DNA of 64,000 bases from Candidatus Kerfeldbacteria bacterium (lineage in GTDB: Bacteria > Patescibacteriota > Patescibacteriia > SBBC01): positions 171,320-235,319 of the forward strand of contig JAZDNT010000002.1 of the NCBI GenBank assembly GCA_043799405.1, given 5' to 3'. The position numbers were made by a program, and so were the translations under genes. The notes below the pieces were generated by a model, which was given only the letters and a program-made list of their open reading frames with translations, was not told where the DNA came from and searched no databases. Of this stretch, positions 8,998 through 18,522 are shown piece after piece (position 1 is the first letter of the stretch; each line of letters starts with the position of its first letter).

Positions 8998-9456
8998 ATG
9001 TGTTGGAGAGATGATGTCGAAGAGGATAGGACATGTCTTGCATGCGGGCAGCAGTACTACGGGCCGCTTGGCCATCCGGGGTGTCCTGGTCCTCGTATCA
9101 CAAACGAGGCGTTCGTGCAGCTCGCCCGCGGTAGCGTTCTCTCGATCACCGGCAGGGTGCAGCCGCTCGAAGGACTGGTCGCTACAATGCCGAAAAGCGA
9201 CTACGTTCTGATGTACGCCGTGACGTGCGACGCAGCGGCGGGTGAGGCGATGGTCCATTCGCTCAAGCGTTTTGCGGCAATGGACCGGCGCGATGGACAC
9301 ATCATCAACTGCGCCGTCGATGGTACATCGTTCACCGTCGCGATCCCGCTTCCCGTCGGGTGCCTGGGGGAGGAGCATGCTGTATGTGAGCTTGCGAGCA
9401 TCGGCGCCGCGACGTTCGCGTGCGCGCTGCAGGTACTGCGGTCCGTTCCGGTATAG
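8998..9456 (+). CDS. Hypothetical Cys-rich protein (152 aa), high GC
   Basis: In-frame ATG of track ORF 8896..9456, preceded by GGAGG. The N-terminus has CLACG..HPGCPG. Confidence 0.45.
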   Translation: MCWRDDVEEDRTCLACGQQYYGPLGHPGCPGPRITNEAFVQLARGSVLSITGRVQPLEGLVATMPKSDYVLMYAVTCDAAAGEAMVHSLKRFAAMDRRDGHIINCAVDGTSFTVAIPLPVGCLGEEHAVCELASIGAATFACALQVLRSVPV

Positions 9457-9478
9457 ATTGATCTGTGCAACGGCAAAG

Positions 9479-9510
9479 GCCCGTGCTCTTCCTCTGAGGG
9501 GAGCACGGGC
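9479..9510. terminator. Hairpin between convergent genes
   Basis: GCCCGTGCTC-12 nt-GAGCACGGGC. Confidence 0.6.
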
Positions 9511-9523
9511 AGCTTGTTGTTAG

Positions 9524-10339
9524 TCAGTGACCGAGCAGGAGCGTGATCGCAACGATGGCAGCGACGGCAAACCGGTAGTACGCGAAGATGTTGAGTTTGT
9601 GGTTTGCAAGGAAACGCAGGAGGAATCGAATTGCGACGAGACCAACGAGTGCCGCAGTGACGATACCGACGAGCATTGCTGTTTTTTCGTCGCTCGGAAC
9701 CCCGGTTTTTTTTAAATCAAGCAGTTTCAGGAGCGCAGCTCCGGCGACAACCGGTATTGAAAGCAGAAACGTGAATCGTGCGGCCTGCTCCCGTTTTAAT
9801 CCTGCGAACATGCCGCTGACAATGGTGATGCCGGAACGGGACACGCCGGGAACGAGCGCTACAACCTGCGCAACGCCGATGCCGAGGGCAGTAGTCCAGC
9901 GCATGTCGCTGATCGTTCTGTTGGCGTTGCCCCTGATTTTTTCAATCCAGATGAAGAGTACGCCGAAAATCGCGAACGTTGCTACGATGACCCATGGGTT
10001 ACGGATCGATTCGAAGAACGAGTCGAATAATCCGCCGAACAGCGCTGCCGGAACCGCAGCAATGACGATGAGCCATGGAAGCTTGAGTTCAGGAGTGAGC
10101 GGCCGGACATGGAACGATCGGATAAAATCGTGGATGAGTTGACCGATATCGCCCCAGAAATATGTAATAAGCGCGAGCAGCGTCCCGACGTGGAGCGCGA
10201 CATCGAACGTCAGGGAATTCGCAACGTCGTAGTTCAGAAAGTGATGGGCAAGCACGAGGTGGCCCGAGCTCGAGATGGGCAGGAATTCGCCGAGTCCCTG
10301 GACCGCGCCGAGGATCAAAGCGTCAAAAAGATGCGTCAT
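9524..10339 (-). CDS. uppP: Undecaprenyl-diphosphate phosphatase
   Basis: The N-terminus reads ILGAVQGLGEFLPISSSGHLVL. The protein has 8 TM segments and a typical length of 271 aa. Confidence 0.92.
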   Translation of the reverse strand: MTHLFDALILGAVQGLGEFLPISSSGHLVLAHHFLNYDVANSLTFDVALHVGTLLALITYFWGDIGQLIHDFIRSFHVRPLTPELKLPWLIVIAAVPAALFGGLFDSFFESIRNPWVIVATFAIFGVLFIWIEKIRGNANRTISDMRWTTALGIGVAQVVALVPGVSRSGITIVSGMFAGLKREQAARFTFLLSIPVVAGAALLKLLDLKKTGVPSDEKTAMLVGIVTAALVGLVAIRFLLRFLANHKLNIFAYYRFAVAAIVAITLLLGH

Positions 10340-10385
10340 ACGACTGATGCATCATAGCACGGGCATGCTAAAAACTCGAAGGTGT

Positions 10386-12029
10386 TCAGGAAATCTCCTC
10401 CTTCTTTTCCCGGAGGAAGCTCGTGAGCTCTTCGAGGATCTCGAGGAACGACTTGAACGGCGCCTCGATGAGGAAGTCGAAGATGAACAGCATGATGTTG
10501 ACTTTCGGTGCACGGAGCGCGATCCAGCGGCCGACGCGGAGCACGGGGATCGTAAAGAAGTCAATGAGGAAACCGAGCGGTCCTTCTCGTTGGTCAAGGA
10601 CGACGAACTCCCGCGCCGAGATGCGGATGCGTACCGCGAAGAAGCTGACGATCGTCAGGAAGAAGACGAAGAGCAGTCCGCTCACAATATTGAACCCGAG
10701 CCGTGAAAGCGCGTAGCCGATCCCGCCGAAGCTGATAACGAACGTTGCGGCGTAGAGGAGCGCGACGAGAGAGCGCATGACGAGCCCTCGTTTCCCTGGA
10801 ACGCGCACTCGCTTGAGCAGTTGGCGTCCGCCGTCCTTGTAGGCGATCTCGTGGATCCCCTGGATGAGCTTGTCGGTGTTCTTCCTGCTCGGAACGCGGA
10901 TCGTTGATGCAATGAAAAACATGAGGATGGGGTGGAATAGCACGTTGATGGCAAGCGTTGCGCGGTCGACGAAGCCCTTAACGAAGATCTCGAACGGAAC
11001 CTCGATTACGAACGCGAGGAGCATCTTCGTTAAGAAAATGAAGATGAACGATCGAATGATGCTGCGGCGCAGCTTGACCTTTGCCTCGGTGTAGCGGCGT
11101 CCCGCAGCGCGCCGTATCGCCTCATCGAGGATCTCCGGAGAAGCGAACGTACGGATCGAGGCGCTCGGGTGCTCTTCCGCTACGTCGCGCATGATCCAGA
11201 AGAACGACGTGTAGTGTTTCACATACCGCAGCAGGAACTCCCCGAGTTTGTGGTACTGCTGGTTCTCAATCTCGTCGCGTATAGTATCGAAGTCCGCTCC
11301 GAGAGCGCGTACAGCCAGCTCGTCCATTGAATCCCAGTTCGGAACGTGCAGCTGGAAGAGCGCGTAGGTGACCATGATCTCGTCGGATTTCAGCAGCGCG
11401 CGCTGAATGGCGAGGTAGAGCTGCAGGTTACGGACCTTGACATCGGTCTTTTCCGATCCGACGATGACGATGTCGCTCAACATCACTTCGTACATCGCGT
11501 CCGCGAGAGCCCTGTCTTTCTTGTTCGAAGAGAGCGTCTGTTCGATCTCGACAGCGCAGAGGCCGAGGAACCATCGCTGCTGTTCATCGCGCTCAGCCCA
11601 CGGTAGTCGCTCACCGGCTGCATGCGCGAGGAGGAGGTAGCGGTCGATGATCTGACGGACTGCCGTGACCTTACCCTCAGCGACCTGGTCGTTCGGAAGG
11701 TACCGCGCCTGGATGAGCTCGACGACGAGCTGCCGCGCGACGCTTTCTCCGTTCCCGCCAGCGAGCATCCGGCGCTTCAGGATCCGGTGGATGGCGTTCT
11801 TGCGGAGGAGGTGGTCGTCTTTGTAGTCGATGATGTTCCGGAATTTCTCGTAGACGAACGCGAGCCGACTGACGGTATCGGATACGTGGATGCGGTTGCC
11901 CCCTTCATCTACGCCCTCGTTCGTCGATTTCTGGAACGAGGAGAGGATCCGCTGCAGCGGTTTCGAAAATGTGATGGAACTCGGATTAGTCATAGTATCT
12001 TGATGGAGATCCCGCCGATCCGCGGTCAC
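10386..12029 (-). CDS. Conserved membrane protein of unknown function (soluble N-terminal half, multi-TM C-terminal half)
   Basis: 547-aa ORF. Its C-terminal ~220 aa contain several TM helices. No catalytic motif is recognised. Confidence 0.6.
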   Translation of the reverse strand: MTADRRDLHQDTMTNPSSITFSKPLQRILSSFQKSTNEGVDEGGNRIHVSDTVSRLAFVYEKFRNIIDYKDDHLLRKNAIHRILKRRMLAGGNGESVARQLVVELIQARYLPNDQVAEGKVTAVRQIIDRYLLLAHAAGERLPWAERDEQQRWFLGLCAVEIEQTLSSNKKDRALADAMYEVMLSDIVIVGSEKTDVKVRNLQLYLAIQRALLKSDEIMVTYALFQLHVPNWDSMDELAVRALGADFDTIRDEIENQQYHKLGEFLLRYVKHYTSFFWIMRDVAEEHPSASIRTFASPEILDEAIRRAAGRRYTEAKVKLRRSIIRSFIFIFLTKMLLAFVIEVPFEIFVKGFVDRATLAINVLFHPILMFFIASTIRVPSRKNTDKLIQGIHEIAYKDGGRQLLKRVRVPGKRGLVMRSLVALLYAATFVISFGGIGYALSRLGFNIVSGLLFVFFLTIVSFFAVRIRISAREFVVLDQREGPLGFLIDFFTIPVLRVGRWIALRAPKVNIMLFIFDFLIEAPFKSFLEILEELTSFLREKKEEIS

Positions 12030-12087
12030 GCTGCTTGTGTGGTTGGCGTCCGGCGGGATGGCGATCGACGGATTTAATCTTGTAGCA

Positions 12088-12651
12088 TTAACTGGCGATA
12101 GTCGATCGCCACTTTATCGAGCACCCCATGCTCGGCTTCTGATCGAGGTCCGGCGTTTCGCCGCGGTGGATCCGGTCGATAGCATTTTTTAGGTCATGCG
12201 TTCTCGCTTTCTCTGGTTCTTTCCAGTTGTCATTGATGCGGCCGTGGTACGCGAGGTGGCGGTTCCGGTTGTAGACGAAGATATCCGGCGTGCAAACCGC
12301 CCCGAATTCGTGCGCCATGTCCTGCGATTCATCGCGGAGGTACGGGAACGGGTATGAGTACCGATCTTCCTTCATTTTATCCGTTGCATCTTCAGGATAT
12401 TCTTTTACATCGTTGCTGTTGATCGCGACGAACTGCAGGGACGCCTTTCTGTCTTGGTAGTGTTTCCAGAGGTCGATGAGCTGCGGGCGTACTGCCTGGG
12501 CGTACGGGCAGTGGTTGCAGGTAAAGATAACGACAAGCACAAGCTTATCTCCCCAGTCGCCGAGCGTGTAGACCTTGCCGAAAGCATCCGGCAGCTCGAA
12601 GAGCGGGATCGGTTCGTGGAATTGGGGTGGTTTCGAATAGGTGAGAGACAT
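12088..12651 (-). CDS. Thioredoxin-fold thiol-disulfide oxidoreductase (AhpC/TSA-redoxin-like)
   Basis: LVLVVIFTCNHCPYAQ contains a CxxC in a thioredoxin-fold context. Confidence 0.75.
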   Translation of the reverse strand: MSLTYSKPPQFHEPIPLFELPDAFGKVYTLGDWGDKLVLVVIFTCNHCPYAQAVRPQLIDLWKHYQDRKASLQFVAINSNDVKEYPEDATDKMKEDRYSYPFPYLRDESQDMAHEFGAVCTPDIFVYNRNRHLAYHGRINDNWKEPEKARTHDLKNAIDRIHRGETPDLDQKPSMGCSIKWRSTIAS

Positions 12652-12724
12652 AAGCGCCTTTTTCTATCACAAAGTATACCATGTGTCAATGGTCTTTGGA
12701 AGGCGCGAACGGCGTGTTTATTGC

Positions 12725-12796
12725 TGTCACTCCGGACCCCGAGCCGGAGTCCCGTCGATCGTCTCAGAAGACCCTGAAACAAGTTCAGGGTGACAA
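12725..12796. repeat. Dual-hairpin MITE-like mini-repeat, copy 1
   Basis: TGTCAC-TCCGG..CCGGA hairpin plus ACCCTGAAACAAGTTCAGGGT hairpin plus GACAA. Co-linear with 30155..30226. Termini are TTGTCA/TGACAA-like inverted repeats. Confidence 0.7.
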
Positions 12797-12819
12797 TCGT
12801 ACCGATGCGCCGTTCGCGC

Positions 12820-13503
12820 TTACAGGATGTCCGTACGCCGAACCTCGCGCCACTCTCCGGTCTTAAGCTCATTGAGCGCGAGTTTTCCAAGACGTACCCG
12901 TGTGAGACGGACGACGTCGTTTCTTACTTTGCCGATCATGCGCCGGATCTGGCGGTTCCAGCCCTGGTGGATGACGATGCGGTATGTCGTGCGGCCTGCC
13001 GGTTCGATGTGGTCCACGACCGCAGTACCCTCGGTCATCCTGATGCCTCTCCTGAGCCGGTTGATCGATGCGTCATCGAGCGGTTTCACGGTCGTGACGA
13101 GGTATTCTTTTTCATGACGGAAGCGCGGGTGCGTGAGCCGGTTGACGAATTCGCCGTCGTTCGTCAGTACGATCAGTCCGTCGGATTCCATGTCGAGCCG
13201 GCCGGCGATTGCCAGCTTCCCGCTGTTCGGAACGAGCTGGTATACGGTCCTCGCACGTCCTTGCGCGATTTTAGAACAAACGATGCCCGTCGGTTTGTTC
13301 AGGGCGATGTAGGTGAAAGCGGTGACGTTTGCGACGGGTCGGCCGTTGACAGTAACCGCGTCATGATCGGGATCGACGCTCGTTCCCATCTTCGTAACGA
13401 CCGAGCCGTTGACCGTGACATACCCGGCAGTAATGAGCTCTTCAGCTCTTCGGCGAGATGCGACGCCTGCTCCAGCAAGGAATTTTTGGAGGCGTTCTTT
13501 CAT
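12820..13503 (-). CDS. Pseudouridine synthase, RsuA/RluB family with S4 domain
   Basis: MKERLQKFLAGAGVASRRRAEELI (S4 domain), LNKPTG, AGRLDMESDGLIVLTNDG. Confidence 0.9.
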   Translation of the reverse strand: MKERLQKFLAGAGVASRRRAEELITAGYVTVNGSVVTKMGTSVDPDHDAVTVNGRPVANVTAFTYIALNKPTGIVCSKIAQGRARTVYQLVPNSGKLAIAGRLDMESDGLIVLTNDGEFVNRLTHPRFRHEKEYLVTTVKPLDDASINRLRRGIRMTEGTAVVDHIEPAGRTTYRIVIHQGWNRQIRRMIGKVRNDVVRLTRVRLGKLALNELKTGEWREVRRTDIL

Positions 13504-13639
13504 GGATGCAGTGTAGCATAATAGCTAGTAAGACTTGACAATGTGTTACACGCGTGCTATGCTTCTCTGCTTTTCCTGAAGTCCGTAAACCTGCACCCGG
13601 AACGCAGAGCGTTACCGGTAAGAAAGAGGAGAGAGCAGC

Positions 13640-14272
13640 GTGGGCATCGTCGATCGTTACAAGGAAGTTGCAGTACAGCCCAGATTCCAGGGATGGCCGC
13701 TCGTCGGCGAGTATGAGCTGGGGCCGAAGATCCCGTTCTTCGGCCAGGTACTGATGTACAAGCTCCAGACCGGCAACGGGGTCGAGGAGTACGTCTCCTT
13801 GCTCCGTCACTTCGGCTGGTCCGTCGTCTTCGGGGTGACCGAGGACCGCGAGGTCATTACGATCGTGCAGTGGAAGCCAGGTGCGAACCAGCCCGGATGG
13901 GAGCTGCCGCCCGGCGGGATCGGCAAGGTGCCGCCCAGCACGAGCGAGAGTGAGATCCGGGACATGACCCAGGCGGCGTTCCTGAAGGAGACCGGGTACA
14001 GCGGGGGGATGTGGGAGCGGCTCGGCCACGTGCTGATCGAGACCGGCAAGTTCCGCGGTTCGGGACCCGATGATCACGGTCTTCCTGCCCACCTGTACAT
14101 GGCTACTGGCCTGCGGCAGGTGCAGGACGCTCGGAGTCCGAATCCGAACGAGATCATCGAGACCTTGATGGTCCCGCTCGCGGAGTTCCCGGAGGTCGTC
14201 GGGTCCGGGCTGTTCGTGGAAACGAGCGCAGTGGCGTGCGCGCTGCTCGCGCTCAGGAAGCTCGGCCTCTAG
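13640..14272 (+). CDS. NUDIX-hydrolase-like protein (degenerate Nudix box), high GC
   Basis: WELPPGGIGKV...ESEIRDMTQAAFLKETGY. GTG start after AGGAGA. A TTGACA-17-TATGCT promoter lies about 85 nt upstream. Confidence 0.55.
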   Translation: MGIVDRYKEVAVQPRFQGWPLVGEYELGPKIPFFGQVLMYKLQTGNGVEEYVSLLRHFGWSVVFGVTEDREVITIVQWKPGANQPGWELPPGGIGKVPPSTSESEIRDMTQAAFLKETGYSGGMWERLGHVLIETGKFRGSGPDDHGLPAHLYMATGLRQVQDARSPNPNEIIETLMVPLAEFPEVVGSGLFVETSAVACALLALRKLGL

Positions 14273-14295
14273 CCGATTCGCTTCCGATGTTCGTC

Positions 14296-14325
14296 AGAGG
14301 GAGGTCGCGTCCGCGGTCTCCCTCT
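14296..14325. terminator. Hairpin between convergent genes
   Basis: AGAGGGAG-14 nt-CTCCCTCT. Confidence 0.55.
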
Positions 14326-14423
14326 TATCGTTGTATCGCTGTTTTTTTGTAACGAAGAAGACCAGCCGGTTGTACCGTCTGGTCCCCCTCCTTGTATCTC
14401 TATGTGCGTCCCTCCGTGGTGGA

Positions 14424-16016
14424 CTACTTCTTCTTCGGAAGAGCGATGACGTGGACCGTTCCGTCAGGTGCCAGCATGAAGTCCCAGTTCATCGCGCGAG
14501 CGAACGCGATGTGCGCGCTCGCCTGCAGAACGAGCTCACGCCGCTTGAGCAGATCAGGGTGCTCGGTGAAGAATTCGTGCCCCTCATGCAGAACGTCGTG
14601 CTGCGTCACTTCGGCATCGTCGAGGGCGTGTACCGGATGCCCCTCCGATGCGCCGCCCTTGCCGCCGTGCTCCTTCAGCGTGACCGGCGTATCGGTGACG
14701 GTGTACGTGCCATCGAAGTTCCGCTCGATGAGGTTCAGCTTCCGAAGCGCTGTCCACTGGTTGGCGAAGCCCCGTTCCCTCGCCCAGGTCGCGAGGTTTT
14801 CCGGCGGCTTCGCGCCTGCCGTTGCCTTCCGGCAGGCAGCGAGCGTATCATGCTCTTTCGGCGTCAGCTCGACCGGCTTCTTGTGTCGTGCCACGTCAGT
14901 ACCCTCCTCTTCCGGTTGTCCAACGTAGTCGGTTCCTTGTGGTGTCCCGTCCGCAGATCCCGATGGCGCATCTGGCGGTGGTGCTGGTTGCAGCGGAGCT
15001 TCATCGGGTTCTGCTGCCGGTTGTTCTTGCTGAATTGGCGCCGCCGCGGGTTGTTCGGAAGCCGATGTTCCGCGCGGCGCTTCTTCTTCGTGGCGCGGTT
15101 GTCCACTGGAACGTGTCTTGATCCGTCCGAGCGCTCCGAGCAGCCACTTCTCATCTATCTCGGGTGGCAGTCCGAAGCTGTGCAGTTCGGTCCAGAGACG
15201 AGCGACGTAGACCGTTGCCTCTGCCTCGTTCTTGAACCTGAACCGTTCGACGAGCTGTCCCATCCTTCGCGGCAATAGGTTGCCATCATCGTCTATGCCG
15301 TAGCAGAAGACGAAGACCTTCTGCTGTTTCGTTGCGAGCGAGACGAGTATCTCGTTCAGCCGTCTCATCCGTTCGCGGTCGGTCGGGAGCCTGCACCGCG
15401 GCGTAAGGTCCCTCAAGAGCGGAGGGGGGTGATCGCGGGTCGACAGCGGCGGAGCGTTCCGGCCGAGGTCGAGCTCACCTCCTTCGTCGTCCTCGTCCCC
15501 AGAGCACCTGCCGGTATGCCTTCTCGCGGTGACCTTGAGGAGCGTTGTGAGCCACGAACGGCCATAGGTCGCCGTCCATCCGTGGAGTTGCCGGAGCTGG
15601 GCGAAGATCCCGTTCAGGTGCGCGCTTGCCTCGTCCACGGTTGTGCAACCGAGGTGGTTGCGGACCTGGATGATGTCCCGCGGTTCGGTCAGGTGCTCGC
15701 TGTTGATCCCGAAGGCGAACAAAAGGTCGTTCCGCGGGTTTTCGCTCAGGCGCCCGATCACCCGGTAGAATCCCTCGAGACGTTCCCGGTCATCGCGTAC
15801 TGCGCACTGCTGGAGCGACTGCAGCATCGCTCCTGTCCAGATGAACGTCGTTTCAGACGGAGGCGGATTAACACGCCGCTCAGGTACTGCCGGAGCCCTT
15901 GCCATCCCGTTCCTCCTTGGATCCCTGGGATTACTGGTTTCGGCAGCGCTAGAAGCACGCTTCCCTGTCGTGTATTGCGTATACGTACGCACCTTACTAG
16001 TACGGTGTCGTATCAA
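14424..16016 (-). CDS. Hypothetical 530-aa protein, high GC, with two sigma-70 region-4-like HTH segments and a P/Q/E-rich linker
   Basis: Segments resemble sigma region 4, for example LATKQQKVFVFCYGIDDDGNLLPRRMGQLVERFRFKNEAEATVYVARLWTEL. Low-complexity QPAAAPIQQEQPAAEPDEAPLQPAPPPD. The 14331..15278 + ORF is its antisense shadow. Confidence 0.55.
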   Translation of the reverse strand: MIRHRTSKVRTYTQYTTGKRASSAAETSNPRDPRRNGMARAPAVPERRVNPPPSETTFIWTGAMLQSLQQCAVRDDRERLEGFYRVIGRLSENPRNDLLFAFGINSEHLTEPRDIIQVRNHLGCTTVDEASAHLNGIFAQLRQLHGWTATYGRSWLTTLLKVTARRHTGRCSGDEDDEGGELDLGRNAPPLSTRDHPPPLLRDLTPRCRLPTDRERMRRLNEILVSLATKQQKVFVFCYGIDDDGNLLPRRMGQLVERFRFKNEAEATVYVARLWTELHSFGLPPEIDEKWLLGALGRIKTRSSGQPRHEEEAPRGTSASEQPAAAPIQQEQPAAEPDEAPLQPAPPPDAPSGSADGTPQGTDYVGQPEEEGTDVARHKKPVELTPKEHDTLAACRKATAGAKPPENLATWARERGFANQWTALRKLNLIERNFDGTYTVTDTPVTLKEHGGKGGASEGHPVHALDDAEVTQHDVLHEGHEFFTEHPDLLKRRELVLQASAHIAFARAMNWDFMLAPDGTVHVIALPKKK

Positions 16017-16197
16017 TTACAGAATTGTGTAAGGTGCCTGCAGTATCCGGAGTAGTCCGTAAGCTTTTTAACAGAAAGACCAGCGATGTGTCAACTAGTA
16101 AGAACAGCCGTTCGCGGTACGTAATAACAGAAAGAGCACCGGATTATATCCCAGGCGCCCTTCCATATGCTGATTGTGCTGTGCGTTTTCAGTTAGT

Positions 16198-17763
16198 CTA
16201 CTTTACCGAAACGAGGAGGATCGTGCCCTTGCTCTTAAGGGTCGCGGAAGCCCTTCCGCTCGAGGGGTAGTTCTTTCCGGCATACTGCCACTTTTTTGTT
16301 GATTCGTTGTAAAAGGCGATCTTGAGCTTATCGGCTTTCACATTCTTTGCTGCGAGTTTATTGCTGTCGTAGTAGAAGGTGACGGTGTAGGATTTCTTTA
16401 TCGACGTTGCGCTCACCTTGTATGCTTTCGAGAATGCCGCGCTGTATCCTGCCAGCTTTACCTTTGGTGTCGATACCTTTCTAAGGGTAAGGTTGAGGTT
16501 TCCGTAGGGATTCGAAAGCTGGACCTCTGACTGCGGACGGAGGGTAACATTACGTGGCCAGTCGATCTTCGTGAACTGGTTGTCGTTGACGTCGAGCTGG
16601 TACATCCGTTTGTCGCCATAGACGAGGACGTAGGTTTCCGGCGGAAGGTATACGTCTCTGTAACCGAGCTCGCCCGTTGAGATGTTCGTGAGGATCGTCG
16701 TAACGAGGACCGGCTTGCCCGCAGCATCAATTCTCTGGGTGCCGATATTGAACTTCGCTCCCTTGATGACGGCGCCCGTTGCATCCCGGATGATGATCCT
16801 GAATCCGCTCATCCGGTACGTTACCGTCGTAAGCTCCTGGCTCGTCATCACAACGTTGTATCGATAGAAGTAACCGTTTGACCCGTTGATCCTGATGACG
16901 TAGGTTCCCGGCTTCAGGTAGGCGACAGCGCCGCCCGTACTGCCGGTAGAAAGGTCGCTCACCACCTGAGCGCCGAGGATCGCCTTCCCGCGTACGTCGT
17001 GGTCCTGGACGTAAATCGAGATCTTCTGGCTCAGCACAAGGTTCCCGTACCCGTCCTCGACGATCGTTCGGAGCGTACTGAGCTTATAGTCGAGAAGCGT
17101 TACTGCACCAGCGCTGACCTGCTGATTCCAGAGGTAGAAGTAGTCTTTGCCGCCGCTCATCTTTACGCGTACGACGTAGTTCCCTGCGGCCAAAAACGTG
17201 TTCTTCGCGCCAAAGTCGCCGGTATCGTAGTTCGAGATAACAAGTTTATCAACGTCAAGCCTCGTTTCATCGACGATCGGCTGATTGTTGACATCATACC
17301 CTTGCAGGTAAACGTCGAAGTAGGCTTTTTTTATGACATTATTCTCCGCGTTCCGCATGAGCACGTAGAGACCGCTCATCTTGATTTCCGCGATATACAT
17401 GAGGGTATCCGTTTGCGTCATCTGGTTCGACCAGATCGTAAAGTAGCCGTACGTTGCGCTCGATTCATAGATCTTCACTGCGAACGGGAACTTCTTCGCG
17501 TCGCCGCAGATGAGGGCGCTCTGTCCGCCGGCATCCGTTTTTCCGGACGCGACAACCGAGCCGAAGTAGGGGCCGCCGTCGGGATTGGTGAGCTGCTGGT
17601 AGACGACGTAGTTAATGCCGGCCTGGAGCGTTCCGCCTGCGTCACGCGTTATGACCTTGATCGGTATCGGGGTTCCATTGCAGGGACCGATGGCATGAGC
17701 GCTGTGACGCGCGAAGAGCACGGCCGCGACCACGATGACGATGACTGATGCGATTTTTTTCAT
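16198..17763 (-). CDS. Secreted protein built of tandem ~85-aa beta-sandwich (CarboxypepD_reg/Ig-like) repeats
   Basis: Signal peptide MKKIASVIVIVVAAVLFARHSAHA. It carries the recurring pattern ..GxxVxxAxFxVY....G..YxxxxxxGxYVVRVxxxG. Confidence 0.7.
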   Translation of the reverse strand: MKKIASVIVIVVAAVLFARHSAHAIGPCNGTPIPIKVITRDAGGTLQAGINYVVYQQLTNPDGGPYFGSVVASGKTDAGGQSALICGDAKKFPFAVKIYESSATYGYFTIWSNQMTQTDTLMYIAEIKMSGLYVLMRNAENNVIKKAYFDVYLQGYDVNNQPIVDETRLDVDKLVISNYDTGDFGAKNTFLAAGNYVVRVKMSGGKDYFYLWNQQVSAGAVTLLDYKLSTLRTIVEDGYGNLVLSQKISIYVQDHDVRGKAILGAQVVSDLSTGSTGGAVAYLKPGTYVIRINGSNGYFYRYNVVMTSQELTTVTYRMSGFRIIIRDATGAVIKGAKFNIGTQRIDAAGKPVLVTTILTNISTGELGYRDVYLPPETYVLVYGDKRMYQLDVNDNQFTKIDWPRNVTLRPQSEVQLSNPYGNLNLTLRKVSTPKVKLAGYSAAFSKAYKVSATSIKKSYTVTFYYDSNKLAAKNVKADKLKIAFYNESTKKWQYAGKNYPSSGRASATLKSKGTILLVSVK

Positions 17764-17828
17764 AGAAATTGAAATGATTGTACGATGTTGTCACTGTACC
17801 ATCATAGATGGTGTCGGTCAACGAACGC

Positions 17829-18458
17829 CTATGTCCGACAGCGGGCGATCATCTTTATCCACGTCGTTTGCTTGTCCTGCGTTTTCGTTTCGGTCGCGTG
17901 GACAATATCGAAACCAGCTTTCTCGAGCACCTTTCGTAACTGTGGTGATGTCCAGAACGAAAAGTAACGAGAGTACGGGTATCCGTAGTCATTCTCAGTG
18001 ATGAATCCGTCCTGCTGTCGCGGCGTTTTCTTTTTCACTGCGACGTGAAAAAGACCTTTTGGAACGAGGATGCGCTCTGCCTCGCTTAAGACCTTCGGGG
18101 CATCACCCTTCTCAATGTGGAGGAGAGACGCTTTCGCGAAAACGCCGTCGAACGACGCATCCTCAAAGGAGAGCTTCCTCATATCGCCTCGCGTAAAAGG
18201 GGAGTCGGGATTGAGCCGTCTCGCGACTGAAAGGATACGTTCGGAAATATCCAGGCCATGAACGTTATACCCTCGGTTACGCAGCTTTTTTACTTCGACT
18301 CCCGGACCGCAACCGAGCTCGAGAATGTTTGCGCCAGTTGGGAGGAGCAGCGAAAAAAGCTCGATGTAGTCGTCGTCCCACGTGTCGTTCGGGTGATTAT
18401 TCGCATAGTCCTCTGCAATGGCGTCGTACGTCGACCGGACGTGATCGGTATAGTCCAT
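17829..18458 (-). CDS. Class I SAM-dependent methyltransferase
   Basis: Motif I ILELGCGPG, followed by downstream HGLDIS and FDGVFA. Confidence 0.85.
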   Translation of the reverse strand: MDYTDHVRSTYDAIAEDYANNHPNDTWDDDYIELFSLLLPTGANILELGCGPGVEVKKLRNRGYNVHGLDISERILSVARRLNPDSPFTRGDMRKLSFEDASFDGVFAKASLLHIEKGDAPKVLSEAERILVPKGLFHVAVKKKTPRQQDGFITENDYGYPYSRYFSFWTSPQLRKVLEKAGFDIVHATETKTQDKQTTWIKMIARCRT

Positions 18459-18522
18459 AGTATAAGTATAGCAAGAACAGCCGAAACAAGCCTTTGCCGA
18501 TCAGCAGGGGCGAAAACTATCC

